From Antedon mediterranea (lineage: Eukaryota; Animalia; Echinodermata), in NCBI RefSeq assembly GCF_964355755.1, contig NC_092672.1:6510001-6574000 (forward strand): 64,000 nucleotides of DNA, read 5' to 3'. The notes beneath the pieces were generated by a model. That model was not told where the DNA came from. It did not search any database and was given only the letters and a program-made list of their open reading frames with translations. Position 1 is the stretch's first letter. Every line of letters begins with the position of its first letter. Made by a program: the position numbers and the translations under genes. Of the stretch, positions 1 through 15,300 are shown piece by piece.

Positions 1-3000
1 TTCCACAAAATCTATAAAGTACAATAAAAAAAACACAGGATTACAATGGCTTATGTACAGCCTTCATTAGACACCAAAATAACCTATGCTGACAGAAAAA
101 GGTTATTAAAAGATACAAATTGTTAAACTAATGGCAAATAACAAGCATATTTTTTTTATTTTTACACAACTGGCCTCTCATTTTTCAAATAAATTGCTTA
201 TTTAATAATCCTATGTATTACTTTATGTCAGAAAAATGAATCATCTTACACAATTTGATTGCGAATTAATACTATTTAAAAAAAATAATATTCAGAGATA
301 GTGTTAAAGTGGCAGATTCATTGATCTATGTATTCTGTCATGATTTATTTTTATTCAAGAAAGTCATACTTACAGTATTATAATTCCTAGCGTAAAGATT
401 ATATCTGGGAAGAGAATACAATTGTTGAAGGTACCGGTACATTTTAAACACCAAAATATTTCAAATGTACAGTATGTCCCTTTTTGTGACAAGTGAGACA
501 ATTTACATTTAAAGTTTTGCTGTATTTGTATATTTAGTATGTTTTGTATTTTTAAGCATTTTTAATAGCGTTAATATTAGAAATTGTTTTCTATAAAAAT
601 GACATTAAAGCTACAATACACACTATATTATGACAATTCTAAAAAAGCCCTCTCTCCTCACTAATACCAATAACTGCTCTGGGGAATTTACTCGTTCCAA
701 TAAATACAGTATACAATACAGTAAAAACATAATAGATGTCTGAAAATTGTAGCGAATGATGTTAGTTACTGTTTTTATCTACTTTCTATTTGTCATAATG
801 AAAGGTAATATAACACAGAGTTTGTACAAATATTTATAAAGAGAGTGCAACAGGATACAGTTGTGACCTTCATGCAATTCAAAGTTCTATGATAAAAAAG
901 CATAATAAAATGCACCATGGCATGATTTGAACCAGTTATTCATACTGCAACCAAACCACTACACCATAAATTACTGTACTTGCATAGTACAGTAATGTAA
1001 CTTGATAAACAGGATAAATCATGCAGTATAAGCCTACTGCCCAGTTTCAGACTGTTTATGCATGTTTGCCGTTTCATATGCATTGCAAAATTTAATCTTT
1101 CGAATAATTTACATAAATGACATCAATGATCTATTAACCTCATTAACAGAAATTGCATTTATTACTTAACAGTTCAATGAATTCATCATCAAAATGATGA
1201 CTTCTGTAATGTATATTTCATTGTAAATTCATATAGAAGTACAATAAATAGTTTGGGGACATAGATTAGAACCTTTTAAGGAACCCACCTGTATTGCTAA
1301 ACAAAAAAAATAAACAAGACTTGAACAAGTTATGAAAAAGAAATGTGAAATCTGTTTTACTTTATCCGAAAATTTGCCAAAATTAAATCAATTTCAACAT
1401 TCTTACTTGTCTATAAATTCTAAAATTTTAAAAGGTTTGCGCAGTTGCACTAAATTGTCCTGTTCAGCAATACCTACTGTACCACCATTTCATTAATAAT
1501 ATTATTAAATATAACTCCAGATTCCATTCAGAATTTTGGACTACAGACCTTTGTGCTATTTTTTCATTTCACACATTGGTTAATAAAGAAAATGAGAGTA
1601 CATTACCATATAGAGTTACTCATAATTACGCTAGTCCATCTGGACCCTGCAATTATACTAATGAATTTATTCTAATAAGTCGAGCAATGAAACTAGATTT
1701 CCAGTGTATTGAAAGTCATTTGTGCTGAATTGGCTCGGTTCAGGTGTAATATATCCAGGGACTAGTTAATAAGGATAGAGCATGATTTTCAAGAAACATT
1801 GGGTAGATTAATACTGTACCGTTTTAAGGGTGAAAAGATCTTGGACCACAGGATGAGGATCACTGCCATGATTTTTAAAGTCTTTAGGCACATGGCCAAG
1901 AATTACCAATAGAAGTTAATCATTGTTCTATCAGATAATCCTATCAGATAATCCTATCAGATAATCCTTAAGATACAGGGGCTATTTTGTGAAACAGTTC
2001 ACTGGGATTTCCCCTAGTCACAGGCAAACTGTGTATACTGGACCTACTGTATGGCGTATTGTCCTTATCCGAGAAGACTCGTTTCACCACCAGAGGAGTG
2101 AGTCAACCTCGAACCACTGCCAATATTGTTGTCTTAGGTACAGTAAATAGCGCTCGCTACATAAACCGCCATTTGACTTGCAGATACAGCAATTTGTTAA
2201 TTAATATGCTGCTTCCATATTATAAATGAAATGATTGTATTTCATTCAATAATCAATGCAAGTTATGAAGTGGCGAACAGTGTACACTATGCCATGAAGA
2301 CATATTTCCAGTTTATTAAAATGCCAAAGACTGGAAGTCATTATGTAATCAGCCTTTTGCTGTAGTGTAATGGTTTCTCATTTAATTTAGGAAATTTGAA
2401 TTTATTGTTATTACTTAAATGATTACCTGTACTATAAATGAAACTGAATATTGAGGCTACCTCAAGGTATTCTTATTAATATTAAACAGTAAAAGGTATG
2501 CATTTGTGACACCATGCGTAGTTTAATTTGCATACAGCACACCTTATAGATACCATATTTAATTATCAATCATCTTCATTAATTTACAATACTCGGATGT
2601 TGCCATGTAAGCACGCATTGAATTAGCATTAATTATTAGGTTTAAAATCATAAGATAATATGCAGTGATAACACAGGATAATCAATTGCTGTCATTGAAC
2701 GTACTGTAAGCTATAATATGACTTAGTGTAAAAATGCTGACTTAATAGTAATACAGTGTACTGTTACCAAAATCCCCAGGGGAAACCTCTATTAAGGGGT
2801 CACTTTGCTGTGAAATAAACAAGACGGACACCCCTTGTATTTGATTGTATAGACAGTTGTCTAAAAGTAACTGTAGTTATTCTGCCAGATAAAGAAGACG
2901 CATTCTATCTATTTTTGCATTCGAAATTAATATCAACATTAATTCGGTTTGTTTATTAAATTTTTTTCTACCAAACAGTAATCGGTTATTATTTGCATTG

Positions 3001-3344
3001 ATTGATTGAGAATTTGCATAATTTCAATACTATAGAAATAAATACATTAAGAAAAGAGGAAATTGGGTATTTAGATAAATACTTGTGCGTTTTTTAAAAT
3101 TGAATTCTAAAATCATCATTTCCTACCTAGAACATTTTGAAATGGATATTTTGATTTTGTTTGTATCATGCATTACTCATTCAATTCCATGGAAGTTTCA
3201 TGTCAAAAACGACGTTGCATACAATTTTATTTTAATGAATTTAATCCGTACAAGAAATTCTCTTAAGGGAAAGTACAGCGAAAACAGGAAACTTGAAACG
3301 AATAGTAGCCAGTCATTTATTACGAGTTTTAACAATTTTCACAG

Positions 3345-6300
3345 CCATTTGATGATCAGGAGTCGACCGACAACGTAGAGAAGTTGCATGAAACTGATGA
3401 GAAGGTTACGATTGCCGCTGAAAAGACTGAAGACGATACAAATCAAAAGAAAGACGATACTGACCAAAAGAAAGACGATACTGACCAAAAGAAAGACGAT
3501 ACGGACAAAAAGAAAGAAGATACGTCTGAAGTTAAAAAAGAACAGGAAGAAGTAGAAGACAAAGAAACCATAGAAATGGCACCTGCAGAAGATCCAGCCT
3601 TGCCTAATCTAGGGGTAAGTTAAAATAATTGTTCTCCTAAAGGTTAGTTAATAATAGTACTATGTGACTTTAACAGTACAGTTTATACTATCTACAAGTC
3701 TACAATACAATACAACGTTGGTGAGGTGGCTAAGAAATATATTTTTTTGTGTTAACATGTAATAATATTGATATAAGCTTTTACTTCCAATGTTAATTAC
3801 CTGCCACATCCTACTTTTTGTTTTTTATTACATATTAATATAGTAGCTACAATAGATCAACTTTCGTATATAGAGTAATATAAAATCCTATATTTTGCAC
3901 TGTAATAGTAAAAATTTAGTGGACCCCGGCCGGCTGCCTCCTACTGTCCAATAATCTGCCTTTGGAATAGTAGATTTTACCCAGGATGCAGAAGTTCTAA
4001 GTCTAGCACTACATCCATACAGTCACTATTTTGCAAGTTTACATAGCATTTAAAGCATCCTCCTCCACATATAACACTAATTAGCAACAGATTAGTGGGG
4101 AAAGTGCTATAATTTTCAAATAGGAAATTACAAATAAGAATAGTGCATTAAAACGTGATATTGAATATTTACAGTTTATAGAATTAACATTATTAGTCAA
4201 CAAAATGTAGAACAGGAATATATAATGTATTAGAAAGTTGATTAATTATCTAATTAACCTATTTAATCCTGATAAGATCTGATATAGTGAGGTAAACACT
4301 GTAGAAGGTCAGATTTATATTAAGGAAACCGTTTTTAGTAATTCATTATTACATAATGCGTCAAAAATTTAAAAGTAACCTTCGTGTGAACACATATTCG
4401 TGTCATTGTTATGACGAGGCAGAATTTCATAGCATGATTTGGTTAATTCGTATTTGATTTATTTTGCAGTGAAATTCTTAATTTAACGTGTAATTAAATG
4501 TGTATTGTACATTACCTACCATAGATTTGATGTTTTTTTCAATTGGAGGAATTTATAACCCATTTGACATTTTTTTTGTGTGTGTGTGTATATTGGTACT
4601 GTATGTATGTCCTGGAAACAGTATAATTTTATAGTGTTTAATTAATCCATTACAGTATCATCCTGGCCACTTTTCCGGGTTTCCTTAACAGTGGTTACGA
4701 TAGTGTAGTTTGCCCAATGGCAGGGACCAAAATTGATCTGAACACCAGGGTAACATCCGACTCTTTCAGAATGATGTACTGGGTTTGCTAAAATACACAA
4801 GTCAATTGTGTACTGTACATGAGACTATTATCTGAGAATACAGTACTTATTCTACTATCAGAAATATGGCTGATAGTGATACTGATATTATATACATTAT
4901 AATGGTACTACTTTTCCTAACTATCTTATTTATTTCTTTTTATACAAAAAGGATGTTCAATTACTTCAATCTGAATTATTATTGGAACGAGTGAATTTAC
5001 GTAAACGCAGTAGTGGAGCTGTTGGTCGACGACCACCAACCAAGAGAGCATCATGGACAGATGGCCAAGGGAGACCAGTATCATGGATGTTTGCAGACTC
5101 TGCAGGTAATACTTTATTCCATGCAGACATACCTGTTCTGTGAAAGAATATGGCCATTATTAAAAATAGTATTCAACCACAAGTCAGATTAAACCATTTT
5201 AGTTTTCTATAAGTAAACCAGTAGAACATTTATTAAGGAGACACCTTTGAGACCCAACAACCAAACAGTGTGCCCTGAGTGTCCTCTGAATATAGCCGCT
5301 ATACCTACTTGTTTATTTTTCATGGGATTGTCCTCTTAGTAGAGGTGTCCGCTAAAGGAGGGATTCTACTGTAATAATCAAGTTTATAATTTCTAATCAA
5401 CAGAACCAAAGCTTGTTGACCTAGAACTTCCATCAGATGATGAAGATGAAAAAGATGTGGAAGAGAGGAAGAAAGAGGAAGTGCAGACACCGTCAAAGCC
5501 TAGGATTCCTATTGGTGGTGTGCCAAGCCCCATGATGTTACCTGGCCTAGCCGATGCAGTCAAGTTTAGAGTTAGTCTTAATTTTCACTTTATAAACCAT
5601 ATTTATTTTCTCGCCAATTACTTATTAACTGAAGCTTAGGGAGTGGGGTAGAAATATTTAAATTAAATTTGAGAAAAGCAGACCAGGTCAGGATTGAACC
5701 CAGGAACTTGGGATTTAAAGGCAATCAATTAACCACTAAGCTGTGTGTGCAAATTGCATGATAAGTTTTCCTAATTTCATCCTTTCAATAACAAATCAAC
5801 CTTTCTTCCCAGAAAAAAACACCAGCCAGACATTCCAGAGAAATTGGAAATACACGATCTAGTGAAAATACGGAAGTGAAATCACCACCATGGGCCAAAA
5901 ACATTCTTAAATCTCCTCCTATTGATGGTGGATTAAAAGTTACTGGACTTTCGCCTTCCTGGGCTTCAGGCAGTGCCTTAAAACATCCCAAACCAGCCAA
6001 AGATCTACCAGAAAAGAGGCCTAAACCAGTTGTCCGTCCCAGGCCTAAACCACGACCGAAATCCATTGCTGTTATGTCAGACCTTCAGGGCCAACCAATG
6101 ATGCTTTCACAAGAACTGCTACAAAAAGTTGAAAGGCAGTCATTGAAACATAAACATCCTGAGGTCAAGAAAGATACTGAAACGGAAAATAAATTAGTGA
6201 ACACTCAAGAAAAAGAAGAGAAGGTGACGGTAAATGGAATCGAAAATTCAATCGAAAACCAAGAAAAAGATAAAAATGACTCTGTAAATGAATCAACAGA

Positions 6301-9300
6301 AAATAAACTGGCTGATAATAAAAACAATAAACCAACAGTTAATATTTTAATAAAGACTCCATCGGTCGAGGACAACTCTCAAAGTCCATCTCCTGTACTG
6401 GAGAAGAAATTGAACTCTGACATCATCAATGCACAGAAGAAGAGAGAGGATAAAGAGAAAGAAGAGATTTCGAAAACACCTCAATGGATGGACCAAAAGA
6501 AGAAGTTACCACCTATTCCAAAGTATGTTTTATGTTAAAGATTGATATACATGTATGTTATATTTATGTACATTTGTGGATATCATACTAGTAGTGAATT
6601 TCTTTTAAATGTACTGAGTTTTCATTTTACCATGTTCTTTACTGAAACCTATGTCTACACTATCAATCTTTATGTTTGTTATAAATGTGATGTGCCCATA
6701 TTGTATATGGACATGATGATGTCATATCACTGCCATATTTGGGCATATTCACTACCATATTTGGGTACATCACACATTTTTGTCAAACTAGTTTGATAGT
6801 ATAGACAGAGCTTTAAAAGATTTATTACCATCATATTTTAGGAATTATTATGCTATACTGCCATATGATACAATTGCAAGTTTACTAATAGCCAACATGC
6901 TGTAGTGAAAAATATAGAAATATTCAGTGTATAACATTTAAATCAACGTAAATAGACTTTATAGTGAAACTGATTTGTTAAATGAGTACATTCATGCCTG
7001 TAAGCGATTAGTTTCAGTCATTCTGTCAGTCACAACCTACATATCTTCACCTTGTGCAATCAATAGCAAGAAATCATTGACAGTCTACGGAATTCATTTA
7101 CATTTAGGCGACGCGTTAACGACAATAATCTCATTAGCATAATCAAGACTTATGTATGCAACATTCTGACTCATGGTTGAAAGATAGTATTTTGTAGCAT
7201 TGTATAAACGTGTAACAATGGAACCCCACCTTTGGGACATCCCTATATAGGAGACATCCCTATATAGGGGACGTTCCTATTCAGGGAACACCTCTGTTAA
7301 GGAGACATTCTCCTGACAAACGAGGAAGGAGAATGCATGATTTAATACTACGGCCACCCTCTATTTAAGAGACGTTCCTATTCAGGGAACACCTCTGTTA
7401 AGGGACATTCTCCTGACAAACGAGCAAGAAGAATACATGATTTAATACTACGGCCACCCCCTATTTAAGAGACGTTCCTATTCAGGGAACACCTCTGTTA
7501 AGGGGACATTCTCCTGACAAACGAGCAAGAAGAATACATGATTTAATACTACGGCCACCCCCTATTAATAGGGGACACCTCTAAGGGGACATTCTCTTGA
7601 TAAACAAGCAAAGGGGTACAGCCAACTCCTATTCAGGGGATACCCCTATTACGGAAATATTTGTTCAGTAGGGGGTTATACTGAATACAATATAATTCCT
7701 ATTACTTTTTAAATTGCTATAAAAAAAATTAAAATTATAGTGCTATACAGTAGCCCTATCAACAGTTTATTTATTTTCTTGAATATTCAATTTATGTTAA
7801 AGTTATTGATTATTGAAACTTTTCATGAATAAATGAATGCATGAATTAAATGAATCTTATCCCCAAAATGTGCAAATTTTTCATGCGTAAAGCTCATATT
7901 TTTTATCCTTGAATACAATAGCGCCACTGGATTAGATTAGAGAGGATCATTGCATATCCTCATTAAATCCTCATCAAATCCTTATCAATTTTAGTAGATT
8001 AGCATGCAAGGTATTTTTCTTTGTATTTACCTTTTGTGCGATGACTTCTTATAGTATAATTCATTTTTGTATTAGATGTAAACCAAAGCCAGCTGTCAAG
8101 CCAGCAAAACCAGATAGATCAACGGTTTCATCACAACCACAGTGGAAACAGGATTTAATGAGGAAAAAAAAAGAGGATGAAGCACAAGGTATGATGAATG
8201 AATGAATGAATGAAATATATATAAAGGAAAAATATTTGAATGAAGAATACCTACATGTTTTTTTATTTGTTTTTCGAGAGAAACTTTTATATGTCACCCA
8301 TGACCTGGATAAACTGACAATTGCCCTCTCGTTAACAAGAGGATACAATTTTAAAAAGAAGAATTCCATTGAGCACCCCTATAAAATTGGAATTAACCAA
8401 ATTAATTCTATTTAAAGGCAAAAAGAAGCCAGTAGTCGTTCCACAACGAAAAACAAACACAAATGTTATCACGACACTTCCGGACTGGCAGCAAGACCTC
8501 GCAGAGAAAGTACAGAAGAAAAAGAAACATGAGAAACCAACGGAAAAAGGAGATGAAGAAAAAAACGAAAAGGAGAAGATACCAGAATGGAAACGGCAAG
8601 CTGCAGAAAGGGCCCAGAGAAGGAAAAAGTTAGAGAATGCTAACCCACCATCCAATGTAAGTTTAAGCATCTCTGCTAAATTCATATCATAGCATTGCAG
8701 AATGACAAAAAGCCAGCTAAATATTTTTGCATTCATTTTTTTTGTGCGATTGCTGTTGCTTAAATTTTTATTTGAATTGACAGATTTGCCATTATTGTGT
8801 GATATCTTAGCATGAACTAGAAATGTGATTAAAGTATATTTTTGTGCAAAATAGTATTTTATTATATTTTTTACATATTCTTGATTTTTTTTTTGTCATA
8901 GATGTCACAGATTGCAAATAAAGATTAACAAAAATGTTTTTTAAAACCTGTTTTTAGTATTCATTTTCCATAGTACATAATTATTTATGTTAATTCTTTT
9001 ATCATGATGTAATTCAAATTCAATAATCTAGCTACTTTCAAATGTCAGTAGTTTCAAAATTTTGCTTTTATCCAAATTATTCTAAATTATTATGTATTGT
9101 CCCCCTGAAAAAAGAATTAAAAAAAATTTTTTTTGTTGAATATTCCATTTTTAGGTAACATAATAGTTATCAACTTTGACCAAAAATTGGATTGAAAAAA
9201 AATGTATTTACCTGAAAAAAAATCTAATTTAAAGCAAAAAATGGTCAAATTGGCTGCCAGCCAATGGATTTTTGGTTGAATTTAACTATTTATTTTGTGT

Positions 9301-12300
9301 GAAAAGTGAAAACATTTTTTTGTTCGTTTTTTTTTCTATGAAAGTGATTAACTTTATCAAAACTACAAAATAACATATTCAAAGTCTGATTTAATTAATC
9401 TTCATTTTTCATGTATTTGGGGGACAATACATCTTTGAACGTTATCAGACCGTTAATAATATACCACTAAACACAGTAAGACATAATTTGTTAAAACTGT
9501 CACTGTCATAGTCGATTGAAATAGTAAAGTTCATGTAACGATACACCACTACGACGTTTATATTTTTGTAATTATTAATTAATACAAACGTTGAGAAGCA
9601 ACTATCAGTAATAAAGTACCCACACTCACAGTAAGAAATTTGCGATTCAAATGGCGATCAAAAATATACCTAAAGTTTATACCCCAAGGGCCCATAAATT
9701 TACCTACTTGTGTTATACCAAATAGTTATACTGGGAGATTGAGAGATTGGCATGTTCCATTTATCTGCTAAGCAATACGTTTGTGTAAAATATTAAATCT
9801 ATCAAAATATTTTTTTTTTTTAGATAAAAGTTTGAAGAGAGCAAAGTTTGTACAGTTGTCTGTACATATTTTTATTATTTTTTTTTTACACCTATTTCTG
9901 TAATTTGTTATTTTGATTTTTTAGAATAAGATCATCCCTCTCTCCCGCCCCCCAGTCCCAAAAATAACAAGCAGAACAGTAAGCACACATTTCAATACAC
10001 ATTGTATCTCATTCAACGCCTACACCATGTTGTCCTATTTATCTTGAACTCGTTAGTGTTTATACATTAAATGTCTAGGTATTTATATTTCCTCAAGTCC
10101 CAAGTGTTTTAAAAGACGTGAGACTATTGAATGTCAGGCTTCTTATTTTATATTTGTCTTCTGTTGTAAACCAACATTATTTTTTTTCTCTCAAATTTCT
10201 TTTACTTGTCAAATGATACATCAGATTTAATGTTATTACTTAATATTTTTCATCACCTTTGCCAGTTTATTTCTGTTAATGCATATACTGTAACAAACAT
10301 TTTTGTTTTTTTTAATAGGAAAATGTAAAATTACTAAAAGTACAGTTAATTATTATTATTATTCATTGGTATTTATTCATAAAACAAAACACAAAAGATT
10401 AAAACATGGCAGCAAACTTGCTGAATTGCGTTTCAATTTCCAAAATATGTATAAAATTGGTTAAAGTTACTTTAAAAATGACAGCAAAAGATAATAAAAA
10501 AACAAATAGAACATCAACAAACATGTATGATGAAACGGTAAAACTACATTAAAAGGCAACAAATTACAAGTTTTTCATTCATTTAAAAGTCTAATCAAAT
10601 AAGGACTGCAAAAAAGGCGTTTGGAATCACATTGAGTTTCAATAAACGTGTGGGTATGCCTAGTATTATAAGGAGAAGGGTTGTATTAATGTAGAGTAAA
10701 TAAGGGTTTTATTTGACTACAGTATTATATACTCCCCTGTGGTTGTTATTCAATAAGTACCACAACACACAATACAACATAGGAATCCATCAAGGAAATA
10801 TATACCATTTTAATCGGTTTTGTTTTGAGGTAGGCCTATAGCTTTTGTGGCCTACCTCCTACTAGAACAGGAATCGAACCCCAATCCTGAAAACTGCAGT
10901 ATTATTAGTGTTATACATATTATTTTAATAATTATTTTATTTTATGTTAATCCATTACAGTAAAGAACAGCTGGTATACTTTATTTATATATTTTTTTTC
11001 AAAGTCATTATTTTATGTTTTTCCATACAATATCACATGTTATTATTTTTAATTATCTTTTAATTTTGCCTTCAAAATTATTATTTTCTTTTATTTTTAA
11101 CAACCCATGCATTGTCGTTCTCAGAGGCCCTCACATGTTGATGAATTACCCCATCCAGATGAAACGCCCAATTGGAAAATACAAATGGAAGATACAAAGA
11201 CAGATACTCCTATAGACAAGGAGATAATAGTAATAAAAACAGACGATAATCGGTCAGATTCTGACAATGTAGTCGAGGTAGTCTTTTAAAACCAAACAAA
11301 ATTTTGTTTACTTCTAACGATACTCATTTCATTTTCTTTGTAGTTTGTAGTCTTATATTCAAATATGTAAATTGTAATGAAAAGAGAAACCAATGCAGCG
11401 ATAATAACATACATGCCAACACTCCCGCCGGAGACTCCCATATTTTAGACTCGTCTCCGGTCTAACCTTGTGCTCCCGGATTTTCATATTTCCTCCCGAA
11501 TTATAAAGATAACTGAATTAGTGATGTAAATATGTTGTTTTTAATTTTATGCATTAAAATATGACAAAAAGGCAAATTTACAATATTTAAGCCATTGTAC
11601 GACCATCTGCAGTCATCATTTTTTTTTATCTGAATGGAAAGGGGATTTTCCTCACATAGCCACCATGTGATCGCCTTTGACGTCTCTCGATAATATATAG
11701 AGGGTGCTGTTGACCTAAAAAAACATCACCAACTTCAGATGTTGGCATGTATGTAATAATGCAATAAATAACGATTAGAAAAAAAATGTTAGTTTCACAT
11801 CCCCTCCCTGGTCAAATATTGTAACCATTTTTTGTCCCAAACAGAAAAAAAAATATAACAATAATCATTCAGTTTCCATCAAAATTTCATATAATCACGG
11901 CTTATAAACAGATACTAGATTCTCATGTTAGTATCACTAAAAGCGACCTTATATAAGTCAAACTTTTATCGTTCAAGGAACAAATAAATATATTTTATTT
12001 TTTAAACCCCGAATCCCACATTTGAAAATATCAAATCAAATACTGGATGTGAAACTAACAATTTATTATAAGATGTTCTCATTTTAAACTATATATATTA
12101 TACTGTATACTTTAATTATATTATTCTTTCATATGGTAATGGTTATATACATGCACATAAACATTTGGAAACATTTTCATTAAAAAAACAATTGCTAGCA
12201 ATTGTTGCTTTTCTTAAAAATGTTTCCTGAGAAACTGTATTTGACCAGGTATACTGCCATGCTTTAATACATAATTTAGGCCCAATTTAAGATACCATGT

Positions 12301-15300
12301 TTGATCTTGAGCATAGTGTACCTTTCTGGCGGCCCAGCTGTGTGTAGTCTTGCACAAACTTGTGAAGGATTCTAACTTTCCCAAAAATATCATGGCCCTG
12401 TACTAGGTCAAATACTGTACAAATTCCTACAATAGGTATAATTGGCCATTATAGTTGCCATATTCTTACATACATAATAATAATTTACATATTATATGAA
12501 AACAAATATTATTGTTATAATAATTATCAACTATATTAACCATAATTTGTAATTTTCAAACATACTTCATATATGTCATAGCCTTCATAGTATACTTCAT
12601 ATTCCTATTCATATGCCTAACCTTCATAAATGTATATATTCTCCATACAATTAATATATTTCATAATATGTCTATCCTTAATATGACTGATATAAGATAA
12701 GCCTAACTCTATAACCAGCTGTTTATGCATGAGCTTTGCAATTTCGTTGTCCGTATTAACTTTTTTTTTTCATTTTAATCTTTGCATGACTTTTGTATAT
12801 ACAACATGCTAATTTCGTGAACTCTCTTAAAACCAGATTTCATTTAAAGGCCTAAATTTAAATATTAATAAATTAATAAAATGCTTTCTAATGACCAGAC
12901 CTTTATGACAATGTCTGAACCCTCCTGTTATTGGCAAATTTTTCTGTTAGTTGGGTTTCGAAATAAATAAAATAAATAATTCTAATTTATGTAATTTTCT
13001 TTTATATTATATTTTATTATTATAATTTAATTTCTTTCATTTGTCATTTTATTTGTTGCATGACATTTTGCATGAATATTAATTTCTTTTTATTTTATTA
13101 ATACATATTAATGCAATGTTATATTTATAGATATACTGCCTAATACAGTAATACATTTGTCATTAATACTAATAATAAATCATACTCATTTTGTATACAT
13201 TATATTTCCTACATTGAATGTTCATACAGACTTTAATATAGTTTCATTTTCAATAATAGATGTTTTTTTAATGGTGGGTCTTGGTGATATATGAAAGGTA
13301 GTGACCTAAAGAAAATATTTAGTCAGTATAACCAAATTGAAATGGAACTCAGCAACTGCCAACTCCATTCTTCCAGATCTGAACACCATAAAATTGAAAG
13401 CTGTCCCAAAACAACAGTTTTCCTAAGATCCCAAAATCCATTCAAAAAAGTGGTCTAAATCTATGTCTACACTATCAAATAGTTTGACAAAAAAGTGTGA
13501 TGTGTCCAAATATGGTAGTGATATTCCTAAATATGGTAGCGATATGACATCATTATGTCCATATATGGGCACATCAAATCAACATTGTTGTCACATAAAG
13601 TTTGATAGTGTAGATGAGGCCTAAAAGACTACAATAATATCATGTCCATGTTCTTGAAGACACTTGTAATACAGTGGGACACACATATTTATGAGAAACT
13701 CCTATTAAGAGGACACTTCCCTATGAAATGAACAAGGGCAGATATATTTTAAAGCCTTGTCTATATACACTATCAAACTTTATGTGTCAAAAATGCCCAT
13801 ATATGGACATGATGATGTCATAGTTTGATTTTGTAGACAAGGCTTAACATTACAGCCAATCCCTAATAAGGGAACCCTTTCCTGTGAAACGAATTGAATT
13901 GAATTGAATCCTATGTTTTAACACTATAGTATAAAAGCCAACACCAATTTAGGGGACATTTTGTTGGGTGCCGAAGGTGTCCCTTTCATATGGTTTGTTT
14001 GCTGTTGACTGGAAAGGTATTTATGGAGTTTTGAGAGATCTAATACTCTTACAAACGTGTGACTTTATTTAATTTTATATTTCTGTTTCTTGTAGAATAA
14101 TAAAGAGCAGTCTGGAAATATTCCACAGTGGAAGAAGGAATTAATGGAGCGTAAACAAAGGTCTCGTAGTTTAGGTGATGTGGAACAAACGAATAAAAAA
14201 TTACATATAGCAGGTAACAATATCATTTTATTGTTTCTTTTTTCAACTTGAGTATTAGATAAATAACGACAAACATATGATTTGATATAAAACAAGAAAT
14301 GTCAAAGTTTATTCACGCACCTTAGAATTAAGTTTAAAAACAGAAAGTGTCAACAATTTTATTTTTCTTGTAGATTGTTAATACAACAAGGTAAAATTGT
14401 TTTTTTAAATTTAAGAGTTAAGTTTTACTTTTATTGTGAAAAATGTGATAAGATATGTTTGTTTTGTAAAAGCAGTGTTATTTATTTACGTTTTATTATC
14501 ACATCTGTTTTACATGGTTCCTCTTCATTTGTCACTTTCTCTTTGTAAACGGACTTTAATATGAAATACCATTGTATCTATTTTGGGTTTTGTATAAAAA
14601 CTGAAAATACAGAAATTATACTTTAGTTTACATCAACTTGTCTCATAACATAGTGTTGTTTATATGATGAGGGAGCGCAAAGTGGAAAACATAAACAAAT
14701 TGATTGTAAATTGATGATGCTTGATCAAATTCAGCAGATGTAAACATTATAATATGAAAGTTATGTGCAAGTCTTAACAAAATATAAACTGTATGTTTTG
14801 TGTATAATCCCATGTTCGAGTATAATCCCACTTCTAATTTAATCTAAATTCTGACACAAGACTTAAGCTCTGTCTACACTATCAATCTTGATGTGACAAA
14901 AAAATGTGATGTGCTCTGCATATATGGATATGATGACATCATATCACTACCATATTTGGGCATATCATCACCATATTTGGGCACATCACACTTTTTGTGT
15001 CAAACTAGTTTGATAGTGTTAAACAGAGTATGGTTATCTTCTGATACTATAATACTCTACGGGGTATATATATAAAGAAGCTGTAGCCATGGAGAAATCA
15101 GATTATAATTCCTCTTTGGTATAATGATTTGATTACACTATCTTTGTCCATCCAACCATCCAGGAAAATCTCTATACTGCTGCAATGCTTGGACAAAACT
15201 CACAACACTGATTTTTTTTGTTTACAATACAAAAGTGGCTTCTTTTGTTTTAAATTTGTACTATAATCTTATCTATGAAATATTTCATGTGAATTTAACT

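Noticed and set aside
376-430. Possible upstream exon of gene 1 ending AAG|GTACCG
   Set aside because: Acceptor and frame are ambiguous and the peptide is unrecognisable, so it is left out of the model.
1928-1968. 13-bp repeat CTATCAGATAATC x3
   Set aside because: Ordinary short tandem duplication with no further signal.
5680-5745. tRNA gene on the minus strand (similar B-box at ~10870)
   Set aside because: Only degenerate A/B boxes and no cloverleaf; most likely decayed SINE heads.
6542-6796. Short ORFs containing 'SLPYLGTSH' (also 14893, 17562, 18191)
   Set aside because: They are translations of the non-coding family-A MITE internal repeat.
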